From positions 3,744,001 to 3,808,000 of the forward strand of contig OZ253470.1 in the NCBI GenBank assembly GCA_965261735.1: a stretch of DNA of 64,000 bases. The letters run 5' to 3'. Under the pieces are notes generated by a model. The model worked only from the letters and a program-made list of their open reading frames with translations. It made no database searches and was not told the DNA's origin. The DNA comes from Alphaproteobacteria bacterium (GTDB lineage Bacteria; Pseudomonadota; Alphaproteobacteria; SHVV01). The first letter of the stretch is position 1. Each line of letters begins with the position of its first letter. The translations under genes were made by a program, and so were the position numbers. Below, in pieces: positions 23,317 through 35,715 of this stretch.

Positions 23317-24738
23317 GTGCCCTACGTGTTCTACGACACCGAGACTACCGGGACCAAAACAGCCTTCGATCAAATCTTGCAATTTGCCGCCATCAGAACG
23401 GATGACGATCTCAACGAACTGGATCGCCTTAATATAAGGTGCTGCTTGCTGCCGCATATTGTCCCGTCGCCGGGGGCGCTCCGCGCTACGCGGGTCACAC
23501 CGGCGATGCTGACCGATCCGGCGTTGCCGTCCCACTATGAAGCGATCCGACAGGTCCAGGCAAAACTTCTGGAGTGGTCGCCAGCAACGTTCATCGGCTT
23601 CAATTCGCTTGAGTTCGACGAGCCCCTGCTGCGCCAAGCCCTGTTTCAGACTCTTCACCCAGCCTATCTGACGAACACCAACGGCAACGCGCGCTCCGAT
23701 GTGATGCGCGTGGCGCACGCGGTCAGCATCTATGCCCCAGACAATATAACTGTGCCGACCGACGACCGGAGTCGGCAGACCTTCCGCCTTGAACGTCTCG
23801 CACCTGCGAACGGCTACAATCACGACGAAGCGCACGAGGCGATGGCGGACGTCGAGGCAACGATCTACATGGCTCGCTTAGTACAGGACCGCGCACTGGA
23901 CATCTGGCATGCCATGGACCGGGCGAGCACAAAAAATGCCGTTAAAGCGTATGTCACGGCCCAGTCGATGTTCTCGTTGACCGAGCGCTATTTCGGGCGC
24001 ACCTATTCGTGGCTTGTGGCGCCCTGCGGTCAAAACCCTGCCTATGATGGCCAGCTTGCCGTCTTCGATCTCTATTACGATCCCGACGACTATCGCTCAC
24101 TGTCCACAAAGGATTTGATTGGTGTTCTGAATGCCAGCCCGAAGGTGATCCGGTCCCTGCGGGCCAGCAGCCAACCCATCATGATGTCGGCAGATGTGGC
24201 CCCGGAGAATGTCAAAGCGCTTTCTGTTCCGGCCGACGAGCTGCGCCGCCGTGTCGCAGTCATTCAGGACGATAAGGATTTTCACGCACGGGTCGGGCAG
24301 GCACAGGCGCTTCGTTTTGCGGATAAGGAACCCTCACCGCATATCGAACAGCGACTTTATGACAGCTTTCCGGGCGACGCGGATCAGGCGCTTATGGCGC
24401 AGTTTCACGATGTGGATTGGTCGGACCGTGTGGCCCTTACTGGGCGAATCGAGGACCCTCGCGTGAAGGCATTTGCGCATCGCCTCATCTACTTTGAACG
24501 CCCTGATTTGCTGCCCGCCGACAGAAGGGCTGAACTTGATGCATGGCGGGCCAAACGGGCGCTGAGCGAGGATGAGAGTGTTCCCTGGATGACCGTCAGG
24601 AAAGCGCTGCGCGAGGCTGATGACCTCCTACAAAATGCCGCTGCCGATGAGCGTGCATTGCTCGGCGCGGTTAAGGATTTTCTTGTCGAGCTTGCGCAGC
24701 ATCTCGGTTCTGAATCAACATCAACTGGGCGCTTATGA
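23317..24738 (+). CDS. sbcB: Exonuclease I-like DEDDh 3'-5' ssDNA exonuclease
   Basis: FYDTETTG, DQILQFAAIRTD, GFNSLEFD and AHEAMADV motifs; 473 aa. Confidence 0.85.
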   Translation: MPYVFYDTETTGTKTAFDQILQFAAIRTDDDLNELDRLNIRCCLLPHIVPSPGALRATRVTPAMLTDPALPSHYEAIRQVQAKLLEWSPATFIGFNSLEFDEPLLRQALFQTLHPAYLTNTNGNARSDVMRVAHAVSIYAPDNITVPTDDRSRQTFRLERLAPANGYNHDEAHEAMADVEATIYMARLVQDRALDIWHAMDRASTKNAVKAYVTAQSMFSLTERYFGRTYSWLVAPCGQNPAYDGQLAVFDLYYDPDDYRSLSTKDLIGVLNASPKVIRSLRASSQPIMMSADVAPENVKALSVPADELRRRVAVIQDDKDFHARVGQAQALRFADKEPSPHIEQRLYDSFPGDADQALMAQFHDVDWSDRVALTGRIEDPRVKAFAHRLIYFERPDLLPADRRAELDAWRAKRALSEDESVPWMTVRKALREADDLLQNAAADERALLGAVKDFLVELAQHLGSESTSTGRL

Positions 24739-24744
24739 AGTAGG

Positions 24745-25033
24745 ACGTGGCTGACAGACGGCCCGACTACTCGTACCTTGTGGCAGCGCTTCCTTCGCCT
24801 CCGGCAGCGCGGAGGGCGAAATCCCGGCGGCCGAGCGCCTTGATATCTGTTATTTTGACGATGCAGGTTTTAAACACGGCGTCCAGCGCACACCTTTATC
24901 GCCGATCTGCGCATTGTGAATGAACAAGAACGGGGTCCGCGAAGACGGAACGGCGGCTGACTCTTGGCGATGGCGTGATGTAGGGTGGTGCATCCTGGCG
25001 ATTATCAGAGTCAATATTTACACGTCAGCCAGT
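24745..25033. ncRNA. Candidate structured RNA between the exonuclease and RT genes
   Basis: Closing IR TGGCTGAC / GTCAGCCA enclosing several hairpins; no expression evidence. Confidence 0.25.
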
Positions 25034-25052
25034 GGTTAGTGGCGTGCGAAAT

Positions 25053-25853
25053 CTAAGCCTCTCCCACTTGGTCCCATAGCTCATCTATTGGCAGCCTCGG
25101 AGTATCTTTGAGCAGCGCCACGTCCAAAGCTCTGCGTCTCCGATCATCGATAACGGCGCTATTGATGCAATGGTTTGCACGTCCTTTGAACTCCCTCAGC
25201 AATCGATTGATTTCGCTATCAATCTGGTGAAACGGGAGGCGGTTGTTGGTAAACGAAAACGCGTCTCCCCAACCGCGAATCAGTCGGTCCACGCGAACGA
25301 GCACTTGAGCAAATGCCTCTTCTGCTCGTCGTTCATTGTCGGCGGAGGCATACGCCGTGATTGCATGGCTTCCAGTGTTCAGAGTGTACCGAATATTTCT
25401 CAGAAAACTTTTCCTCGCCTTTTTCGATGGCATAACACTATTGGCTTGGATGGAGCATCCGAGAAAATCAAACCCATCGGAAACCTGACCAACCTTTGAC
25501 TTATCAGTGTTTTCGTCGGGATCATACGCTTTCATCCCGAGATCGCCGAGAATGGAGATAGCCGAGGAGAAGGCGGTTTGTACAGCGTTCTCCGATCGTC
25601 CAAGGATTACAAAATCATCAATGTACCGGACGGTCCTGATATTTCGGCTGTTCAGATTTCTATCGAAATCCTGCAAAACGACGTTCCCTGCAAATGCTGA
25701 AAGGGAGGACCCTTGAGGTACTCCGATGTCCTCAAGCGGGAACAAGTGAAGCCATTCCCTGATTTCGTCCGCATTTTCCAATTCTGTAGTCATGGCTAGC
25801 TCAAGAAGCGCCGCGAAGTCGTCATCACCGGTCTGGTCGCGCACAAAGTCGAT
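25053..25853 (-). pseudogene. Group II intron-like reverse transcriptase (G2L4-type, YIDD), N-terminus removed at IS256
   Basis: GVPQGSSLS, RYIDDFVIL, GFDFLG and thumb-like IRGWG motifs; no endonuclease domain and no intron domain V downstream. Confidence 0.8.
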
Positions 25854-27190
25854 GATCGTGTCCCGCGGAGTGGTGTAAGAGCGTTGCGCTCTACGCGGCT
25901 CCCGGCGGGTAGGGCCGGGACGTTCAGGCTGCCACGGTGGGCAGCGTGATGGGGACACCATCGCTCAGCGGAGCGATGGATTCCAGCGTCATGTATCTCC
26001 TTGAGACGGCCCACTCGTCGTTCTGCTCGAGAAGGATGGCGCCGACGAGCCGTGTGATGGCGGCTTCGTTGGGAAAGATACCGACGACGTTGGTGCGACG
26101 CTTGACCTCGGCATGGAGCCGTTCGATCGGGTTTGTGGAGTGCAATTTCTGGCGGTGCTCCCTGGGGAAGCTCATGTAGGCGAGGACGTCGTGCTCGGCT
26201 TCGTCCATGAGAACTGCCAGCTTGGGCACCTTGGGCCTGAGCTGGTCGGCGACCTGGCGCCACTGGACCTTCGCGCTGTCGGCGCCCTCCTGGGCGAAGG
26301 CGGAGACGACGCGCCGGCCCTGGCGGCCGGCATGGGCCAGCAGGTTGCGGGCGAAGTGCACGCGGCAGCGCTGCCATGTGGCGCCGAGGATCCGGGTCGC
26401 GGCGGCCTTCAGGCCCTTGTGGTCGTCGGAGATCACCAGCTTCACGCCGCGCAGCCCGCGCCGGGCCAGCGAGCGCAGGAACTCGGTCCAGAAGGTCTCG
26501 GCCTCCGACGCGCCGATCGCCACGCCCAGGACCTCGCGGCGGCCTTGGTCGTTGACGGCCACAGCCACGGTCACCGCGACCGAGACGATGCGTCCGGTCT
26601 GGCGCACCTTCACGTAGGTGGCGTCGAGCCACAGATAGGGCCAGTCGCCCTCCAGCGGTCGATCGAGGAAGCCGTTGACCTTATCGTCGATCTCGCCGCA
26701 CAGCCTGGAGACCTGGCTCTTGGAGGCGCCCGACATCCCCATCGCCTGAACCAGATCGTCGACCGAGCGGGTCGACACCCCCTGGATGTAGGCCTCCTGG
26801 ATCACCGCAGCCAGCGCCTTCTCGGCCATCCGCCGCGGCTCCAGGAAGCCCGGGAAGTAGCTTCCCTTCCTCAGCTTCGGGATCTTCAGCTCGACCGTGC
26901 CGGCCCGCGTCTCCCAGGACCGGTCGCGGTAGCCGTTGCGATGGGTGATACGATCCGCCGAGCGCTCGCCGTGCCCGGCGCCGGTCAGGCCCTCAACCTC
27001 CAGTGCCATCAGCCGCTCGGCCGTGAAGCCGATCATCTCGCGCAAAAGGTCGGCGTCAGAACTCTTTTCCAACAGTGCGCGCAGCGTCATCATGTCGTTG
27101 GCGGTCATCGTGGTTCTCCTCCGGTCGGGTGGACTCTGCAAGCCCAACCCTAAACCGGTACCGCGATGGCCTCCGCTGTGGGACACGACC
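25854..27190 (-). mobile_element. IS256-family element (transposase 25924-27108)
   Basis: IR G(A/G)TCGTGTCCC; [16 protein letters not shown] and STNPIERL motifs; no TSD. Confidence 0.92.
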
Positions 27191-27295
27191 CGAAGTGAAA
27201 CGTGACGTTCGTGGCGCATGCTGCATATCTCAGTCGACCCGGCTTTCGTTGACCCGCACTGACGGGCCCAGCCACGTCTTGCGATCGGAGAACTA

Positions 27296-29176
27296 ATGGC
27301 CACCCCAGAAACGCCTGCTTTTTCCCGGTCCAATCCCTTTGCCTGGCCGCGCGTGAATTATCGACTTTCTCTGGCGTCGATTCTTGTTTTGAGCTTCGGC
27401 TCGCTGATCACGGTCTCCATCTTGCTTGTGCTGGGTTTTGCTATCGTCAGTGCCGCGCGCAATACCGTCGATCTGTTACGCGATCAAGCAGATCTTGGCA
27501 TTGGCATCATCACCAGCGAGATTGAGGACCACCTGAAGTCGGCACGCGATCAAGTCTCTTTCGTGACGCGCGCACTGGAGACAGGCAGTTTGGACGTCAG
27601 CGATTTCGATCAGATGGGAAAATTGCTTTTCGGCGCCATGGCGGCCGACCCGGCGATCGGTGCACTCGCGTTTCTTTATCCCGACGGCGGGGCGGTGATT
27701 GCCGACAGGATGGCGGACCCGGCACGCAGTTATCGCGTCGATTACGCTGCCGACGCCGCCGTCAAGCAAGCACTCGATCACGGCCGCGTCAGCGATGAAC
27801 CGATCTGGGGGCCACCGTCATATCGCCCCGACTTCGACCGCACGATCTTGAGTTGGCAGTCGCCTGTCCGCAAGGACGATGAATTTCGTGGCGTTCTGGT
27901 GGCGGCGATCAGTGTCCGTACCCTGTCGGAATATCTGAAGCGGGCGGTCGAGCATCTCGGCCGCAACGTTTTCGTTCTGTACGGCGAGGAAAGAGTACTC
28001 GCCCACAGACTCATGGCGGCAGGCTATCCAGGTCTTTCTCTTCGGGATCCGTTGCCGCGGCTAGACGGTTTCGGGGACCGCATTCTGGGCCGAATGTGGG
28101 ACCGGGAATCGATGCGGCCGAGCATAATTGAACTCCGCCCACCGTTGCAGAGCCACGTGACTGATATCGATGGTGTCGAGCACGTGTTCATCTACCGCCA
28201 GCTCGAAACCTATACCGGGACGCCCTGGTATGTCGGCATGCATTTTCCCCGCGATGTCGTCGCCGCTGAGGTGAATCGATTGCGAAACTCGATCATTGCC
28301 GGACTCATCGCACTTGTGCTTTCGGTTGCACTGGCTTTGCTTATGGGATGGCGCCTGGCGCGACCGGTCGCCCGCCTGTCGTCCGCTGCGCGCCTGGTGG
28401 GAGAGATGCAACTCGAGGATATCGGTGAGCTACCACGCAGCCGGGTGCGTGAGTTGGACGAGCAATCAAGCGCCTTCAACGCGATGACCGGCGCCCTCAA
28501 ATGGTTTCAGGCTTATGTACCGCGGTCGCTGGTGCGCCAGTTGGTCCGCGAGGGTGATCTTGCCGCGCTCGCCTCCGGCAGACGGAATGTGACCGTAATG
28601 TTCACCGATATCGCCGGGTACTCGACGGTTTCGGAAGGCAAGGGCGCTGCGGAAATCGCGGCACTGCTCAATCATCATTTTGCAATTGTTACACGTGAGA
28701 TAGAGGCCGAAGGCGGCACGGTGGACAAGTTCATCGGTGATAGCGTCATGGCCTTTTGGGGCGCACCGGAGAAGCAAAAGAACCGTGCAATCCGCGCCTG
28801 CCGTGCGGCGCTTGCTATCCGTGCCGGTATAGCCGCAGACAACGAGGCGAGAGCGGACCGCGCGGAACTGCCGATATGCATGCGCATCGGCATCCATTCG
28901 GGCGAGGCGACGGTTGGCAACATCGGAACACAGGACCGGATCAACTACACGGTCATCGGCGACGATGTAAATGTTGCGCAACGATTGGAACAGATCGGCA
29001 AACAGGTAACGCCCGATGCCGAGGTGGCAATCAGCATCAGTGCGGCGACAGTCGCGGATCTGGACAGCAGTTTCGATATCGAGCCGGTCGGAGAGATGGA
29101 GGTTAAGGGCCGCACTGCACCCGTACGCGTCTACCGACTCGTCGGGACAGTCCAGGAACTCGCCACCCAGGCTTAA
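27296..29176 (+). CDS. Membrane class III adenylate/guanylate cyclase (Cache-like sensor + HAMP)
   Basis: Two TM helices; MFTDIAG, DKFIGD and [15 protein letters not shown] motifs. Confidence 0.92.
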   Translation: MATPETPAFSRSNPFAWPRVNYRLSLASILVLSFGSLITVSILLVLGFAIVSAARNTVDLLRDQADLGIGIITSEIEDHLKSARDQVSFVTRALETGSLDVSDFDQMGKLLFGAMAADPAIGALAFLYPDGGAVIADRMADPARSYRVDYAADAAVKQALDHGRVSDEPIWGPPSYRPDFDRTILSWQSPVRKDDEFRGVLVAAISVRTLSEYLKRAVEHLGRNVFVLYGEERVLAHRLMAAGYPGLSLRDPLPRLDGFGDRILGRMWDRESMRPSIIELRPPLQSHVTDIDGVEHVFIYRQLETYTGTPWYVGMHFPRDVVAAEVNRLRNSIIAGLIALVLSVALALLMGWRLARPVARLSSAARLVGEMQLEDIGELPRSRVRELDEQSSAFNAMTGALKWFQAYVPRSLVRQLVREGDLAALASGRRNVTVMFTDIAGYSTVSEGKGAAEIAALLNHHFAIVTREIEAEGGTVDKFIGDSVMAFWGAPEKQKNRAIRACRAALAIRAGIAADNEARADRAELPICMRIGIHSGEATVGNIGTQDRINYTVIGDDVNVAQRLEQIGKQVTPDAEVAISISAATVADLDSSFDIEPVGEMEVKGRTAPVRVYRLVGTVQELATQA

Positions 29177-29562
29177 TCCCGCATTTCCCAGGTGAACTTC
29201 GGCGTTGGACCCTTTGAACGCTGATTCTATGTTCGGTGTCATCGGGTTAGATGACGTAGAGGGCGGTTCGGATGTGGAACTCGGAGGGTGAATTCGGATT
29301 TGCGGCGGGCGCCGGCAGCGGTCTCAATAGCGGCATCAAAATGGAACCTTCTGGAGAAAGGTGCGACAGGAATGCTGCCCGCTACGCAAGGGTTTGGGCG
29401 CCGCCCTTGGCAGTTTGCTGGGGCCAGCAGCCGTCGCGGCCTTGAGGGCGGCGGAAGGGCGTCTCGCGCCGATTGCGAAAACCGCTTAGCGCGCCATGGC
29501 ACGATCGGGTCTCACCGAAGGTGAAGCACTAGCTAGTCAGGACGCGCGGCACGGATTCCCGG

Positions 29563-30636
<1,074 letters not shown>

Positions 30637-30671
30637 CTACTTGAGCCGGCCGTGCCGCTTTGCCAGGCCCT

Positions 30672-30760
30672 CGTACACCAGCCGCTCCGCGCTCGATCTC
30701 GCCGCGGGCCTCGTCATCGACAAGTGCTATAGGCGTCACCCAGGGAGTTCCTCGAGTTGG
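30672..30760 (+). pseudogene. Degenerate IS630 transposase remnant
   Basis: SALDLAAGLVIDKCYRRH resembles the IS630 motif AALDxxxGxVIGxCxxRH. Confidence 0.45.
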
Positions 30761-31140
30761 TCATGGGCAGGACTTGCGGCTCCGCAAGGCCCGGGCGGTC
30801 AAGGCCCCTGGCTGGCGGGGCGGCCGCACTATCATGCGGCCCATCGCCCCCAGCATGCCGAGGTTCATCATGTTGCGACTTGACGAGGCTGACGACTTGT
30901 GCCGGGGGAAGATGCGGGTCGGATAGGTCGCCGCCGCTGCCCCGCACCGCGTTCGCCGCCAGGCTCCGCATCCCTGTTCCGCGGCCCGGCGCATGCGGCG
31001 GCGGTAGAGGGAGAGCAGAGCCAGAGACAAGGAGATCTTTCGAGGGAAAGGGGCCCGGCGGAGCTATCGTAACGCACGGAGGATCAGATGATCTCAATCT
31101 ACGCCTTCGGCCGAAACCGTCAGAGATGTCAACCAGGGAA

Positions 31141-31425
31141 TCAGGCGCCCGCCGCCCTCTTCAGCGCGGCCGCCGGCCGGAACTTCAGAACCTTGGAGGC
31201 CTTGATCCGGATCGCTTCGCCCGTCTGCGGATTGCGGCCCTTGCGCGCCCGGCGCTTGGTGATGGTGAAGGTGCCGAAGTTGCCGATGGTGTAGCGGCCT
31301 TCCTTCTTCGATTTCTTCAGCCCGGTCTCGATCTCGCCCAACACCAAGTCGACCATGCGCTTGGACTCGACCTTGCTCATGTTGCCTTTCTTGGCGACGT
31401 TCTCGATGAATGCGGCTCTGCTCAT
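31141..31425 (-). CDS. hup: HU-family DNA-binding protein
   Basis: FGTF...ARKGRNPQTGEAI motif; 94 aa. Confidence 0.93.
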   Translation of the reverse strand: MSRAAFIENVAKKGNMSKVESKRMVDLVLGEIETGLKKSKKEGRYTIGNFGTFTITKRRARKGRNPQTGEAIRIKASKVLKFRPAAALKRAAGA

Positions 31426-31739
31426 GCTGTGTAGCCTCTTTACGGTCCCCAAACCGAATCGACGCTCGTAAGGGCACTACATATAGTAGGGTTTTGCTCA
31501 GGTGTACACAGAACTGCTCCGATAGCCCCATTCCAACGGATTTGTTCGGACGGTCGTCAAGCTAGGTGTTCGCGGCGCGGCCGGGTACCGCATCAAGGAG
31601 GGCGAACCTCTGCGCGTGACGGAATTCCTTTTTTGTGGTCTGCCGCCGCTGCCATTATCGTGACCAGCCTATGAGTTTTTTCTGAATGTGGGTCGTGGCG
31701 CGGTGGCGCCAGGCTGCGTGACGAGGGGAGGCCATATCG

Positions 31740-31934
31740 GTGGAAAACGTTAAACTGGAAGTCGTGGACGGGAACCGGCTTATTATTGAAGTCGATCTGA
31801 ACCACCGCGGCGACATCAGCGCTTCGGGAAAGACCAAAAGGGTGGCGTCTACCCTGGGCAATGTCAGCGTTCAGGATGCCAATGGCGTCGAGGTCAAAAT
31901 AGGGCTCAACGTTTACGTCAAACCCGGCGATTGA
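31740..31934 (+). CDS. Small conserved hypothetical protein (SxSGKT...ASTxGN...GLNVY type)
   Basis: Strong RBS GGAGG; coherent beta-rich 64-aa sequence. Confidence 0.7.
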   Translation: MENVKLEVVDGNRLIIEVDLNHRGDISASGKTKRVASTLGNVSVQDANGVEVKIGLNVYVKPGD

Positions 31935-31959
31935 CACCGGTTCGATCCGACTTCCCGCG

Positions 31960-32459
31960 GGGCGGCGGCGATCCGGCTGCTGGTGCTGACCGGGTGCCGG
32001 CGCAACGAGGTGCTGGAGCTCAGGTGGGACGACATCGACCGGACGGCGGGGGAGTTGCGGCTGCGCGACGGCAAGACCGGCGCGCGCATGGTGCCGCTGA
32101 CGCTGGCGGTGCAAGGCGTGCTGGCGGAAATTCCCCGGGTTCCGGACAACCCGTGGGTGATCGCCGGGCAGAAGCCGGGCGCGCGCATGACCAACGTCAA
32201 CGATCCGTGGCTGGTCGTGCGTGCCCGGGCCGGGCTGGAAGATGTACGTATCCATGACCTGCGGCATTCCTGGGCGAGCCGTGCGCTGGCGCTCGGCGAG
32301 AGCCTGAGCATGATCGGGAAGCTGCTGGGCCACAACAGGATCGAGACCACCGCGCGCTACGCGCATCTTGCGCGCGACACCGAGAAGGCCTCGGCGGCCA
32401 AGATCGGCGGCAGCATCGGCGCCGACATCCTGCCGTTAGAGGATGCGGAGGCGGCGTAA
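31960..32459 (+). pseudogene. Tyrosine recombinase, C-terminal half only
   Basis: LTGCRRNE, HDLRHS and LLGH...TARYAH motifs; no N-terminal domains. Confidence 0.85.
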
Positions 32460-33688
32460 TGGCGAAACTGAACCGGCGTTCGATCTCCCGGCGCACGGTC
32501 GAGACGCTCAAGGTCGAGAAGGACACGGTGTTCTGGGATCGGGACTTGCCGGGGTTCGGCATCAGGGTCTACGCCTCGGGCACGAAGATGTACGTCGTGC
32601 AAAGCAGGACGAAGGGAAAGTCGGTGCGGGTCACGGTGGGCCGGCACGGGGTGATCTCCGCCGACGAGGCGCGGCGCCGGGCGGCGCGGATCGTCAACCG
32701 GATCAAGGCGGGCGAGGACCCGGTTCCGGAGCCTCTGCCGGCCCGGCTCGCGGGCGGGCCGACGGTAGCCGACTTGGCGGCGCGCTACATGGAGAAGCAT
32801 GTCGCGGTGCGCTGCAAGGCGTCCACGGCGGAGGGCATCCGGGGGCTGCTCGGCAAGTACATCGTGCCGGAGTTCGGCAAACTCCCGCTCCTCGCGGTGG
32901 AGCGCGAGCGGGTGGCGGCGTTCCACATCCGGTTGAGCGGGGTTCCCTACGCGGCGAACCGGGCGGTGGCGCTGATGTCGCGCATGTACGCGATGGCCGC
33001 GGACTGGGAGATGGTCCCCGACGGCACCAACCCTTGCCGGTCGGTGCGCAAGTACCCGGTGCGCGGGCGCGAGCGGTTCCTGACCGACACCGAGTTCCGG
33101 CGTCTCGGCGAGGTTCTCGGCGAGGCCGCCACCGAGGGCGGGGTGTCGGTCCATGCCGTGGCGGCGATCCGGCTGCTGATGTTGACCGGCTGCCGCAAGA
33201 CCGAGATCCTGTCCCTGCAATGGACTGACATCGACCTCGAGGCCAGCGAATTGAGGCTCCGCGAAAGCAAGACGGGCCCGCGCGCGGTGCCGCTGTCGCC
33301 GCCGGCGGCGAGGGTGCTGGCGGAACTGCCCCGGGTTCCGGGCAACCCCTGGGTAATCCCCGGGCAGAAGCCGGACACGCACATGACCAACCTGGACGAC
33401 CCGTGGCGGATCGTGCGGGAGCGCGCGGGGATCGAGAACGTCCGCATTCACGACTGCCGGCATTCCTTCGCATCGAGGGCGCTGGCGCTGGGCGAGAGCC
33501 TGCCCGTGATCGCCAAGCTGCTCGGGCACAGCCAGATCCGGACTACCGCCCGGTATGCGCATCTGGCGCGGGATTCGGTCAAGGCCTCGGCGGCGCGGGT
33601 CGCCGCCAGCATCGCGGAGGATTTCCTGACGGGCGGTTCGGCAACGGCAAAGCTGCCAGGGCGACGGGGTACGGACAGTCCAGGGTAA
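32459..33688 (+). CDS. Tyrosine integrase with N-terminal arm-binding domain
   Basis: WDRDLPGFGIRV, LTGCRKTE, HDCRHS and LLGH...TARY motifs. Confidence 0.92.
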   Translation: MAKLNRRSISRRTVETLKVEKDTVFWDRDLPGFGIRVYASGTKMYVVQSRTKGKSVRVTVGRHGVISADEARRRAARIVNRIKAGEDPVPEPLPARLAGGPTVADLAARYMEKHVAVRCKASTAEGIRGLLGKYIVPEFGKLPLLAVERERVAAFHIRLSGVPYAANRAVALMSRMYAMAADWEMVPDGTNPCRSVRKYPVRGRERFLTDTEFRRLGEVLGEAATEGGVSVHAVAAIRLLMLTGCRKTEILSLQWTDIDLEASELRLRESKTGPRAVPLSPPAARVLAELPRVPGNPWVIPGQKPDTHMTNLDDPWRIVRERAGIENVRIHDCRHSFASRALALGESLPVIAKLLGHSQIRTTARYAHLARDSVKASAARVAASIAEDFLTGGSATAKLPGRRGTDSPG

Positions 33689-33849
33689 CCAGCTATCGCG
33701 GAACTCCCGGACCGGCAAAGCGACGGCAAGCCTGTTCATTGTCGCCGAGAGAATGCCGGGTAACATTGTCAGACGCCGGAAAGCCGGGAATCATCGACTT
33801 TAGCGAATTTGTCCGATGGCCGAAAGGCCGGTTACCGGGAAAGCAAGTC

Positions 33850-33955
33850 ATGAGCTAATACCGATACTATGAGGTCCAGGCGATAGACCGCCCGCTTGGC
33901 GAGGCGGACATGGAGGCGCTGCGGACATTGTCGACGCGGGCGCGAATCACGGTGT
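33850..33955 (+). pseudogene. 5' remnant of a conserved hypothetical gene
   Basis: Reads MS*YRYYEVQAIDRPL...LSTRARIT, with an early stop. Confidence 0.5.
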
Positions 33956-34174
33956 TGATCGGCGCTCAAGTTGGACGCCGATCGGCACGGTAAGGCATTG
34001 AGATAACTTGATCCAGCGGGGTCAGAATTGGGCGCCGAACAACACCTGAGGGCAACTACGGCAACGGCGGGGCCATGCGCGTCTCGCCGGCTGCGTATCT
34101 TGCCCTGTGGAATGGCATATACTTCCACTAAAATAGTTTCCTAGAAACTCGCCCAGTTAGGGAAAAGCTCTGCC

Positions 34175-35127
34175 ATGCCCCTGATCGACGAATTAATCGC
34201 TGCTGTTGCTACCATAGAATCGGAGATGCCACACTGGGCGCCAGGGCCGGTCTTAGAACCGGATTGGTGGCAGTTGTGCGATGGCGCGACCGCAGCTGAT
34301 GCCTTTGCACATCTTGAGTCCGAAAGCGAATCCTTAAACCGTTTGAACCAAATCCTTCAGAACCACCTCGATCCGCTCGACCTTCCATGCGACGATCAGG
34401 ATAGATTCAATTTAGCCACTTATTGTCGGCTCAGCAGCTCGTCGCTCTGTGGAGGCCTTGCATTGCATTCTTGGCAATGTTGAAGGCATGGGATATTTGG
34501 CAGCAAGTGGCATCCTCGGCGAGCAGATTGCAGGAACTGTAGACCAACTGGTAGATATAGACAGAGCCAACGAGTTTCTGAAATTTATTATCTCAAATGT
34601 TGAGGACGATGCCGACGAAAGCAAGGATGTGGCGTTGTGCAGAGAAAAGACGATCAGCGCGATAGAACGGGGCCATGATGTCGACAATGACGGGCACGTT
34701 CCGATTGAGACAGTTAGAGGGAACCAGCGCTCTAAGTCGGTGCGCAGAATTTACGAGGGATGCCGCCGACATCATTGTCTCGTCGGTTAAGGCATTAGAT
34801 GATCCGATCGAAGCTGCGCAGCTTTTGAATATGACTGACCGCACGGTGCTTACCAACGAAATTCTTCAACGGTCTGTCGCCTTGGTAATTTTGGGGCACG
34901 AACACATGACTACCAGCAGAGCTTACGAGAGATTGGCACACGCCGCGTCGCAAGCCCATGAAGTTCTGGAAGATGCCCGCGTCGAATTAATTGATAACCA
35001 AGATGAAAATATGGAACCAGCCATAGAGGCGTGCGCCGAACTACTCGACGCTGCACGACAGGCCGCGGCATTTTGCACTGCACAAGCGGCTTTGGAGGAC
35101 TGTATAAAAGCCTTCATCAATCGATAG
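34175..35127 (+). pseudogene. Hypothetical helical protein broken by two frameshifts
   Basis: Three overlapping + ORFs with protein-like composition in a lower-GC segment. Confidence 0.5.
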
Positions 35128-35715
35128 CATCGGTCGCCTGCGTGAGACCGATGATTATCGAACCCGATAACCTCAGCTTGCCGCGTAGCCGGGAGATCGT
35201 GGACCTTATAGCCGAACTGGGTTTCGCCCCCCACCCGAAAGCATTGCCTCGCTGTCTCAGTACCATCTTTGCCTGCACGCCGAACGACGTTTTGTAACTG
35301 CCGAGGGTAACTATTCGCCCGATTTTATTTCTGGTTTGTGATTTGGCTGTTGACCGGCATCGATCGGGTCGGCGGCGTTTCCGGTATACCGCGCTGGCGG
35401 GCCGGAACGGAGCGCAGCAAAGTGGGGGACCTGAGCAACCTTACGGGTCCACTTCCTCACGGTCCTCGCGATAGTCGCCGACGACCCACATGAGGCTCTG
35501 GATGTCGATCCGGTCGCGTGGGTCGAGGTCCGACAGCCGCAGGACGCAAGCCAGTTGCAATGCGAGCGGTTCCGAGTCACGATCAACTCGCTGATAAGGT
35601 GTCCAAATGGGTAATCTCGGCCAAAGCCGTGCAAGCACCAGCGATGGTTGGCGACGCGCCGGCGCCCTGCTATGTTGCGGGACGCCAACAATCGAATGAA
35701 CCAGGGAGGAACCCA

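Noticed and set aside
24739-25853. Group II intron
   Set aside because: No domain V/VI hairpin after the RT stop, and the motif is YIDD rather than YADD
29355-29410. tRNA-like 3' half on the minus strand
   Set aside because: No TTC T-loop, no acceptor stem, no CCA
31935-31955. GGTTCGATCC as a tRNA-derived att site before the integrases
   Set aside because: The T-stem does not pair fully and there is no second copy in the window
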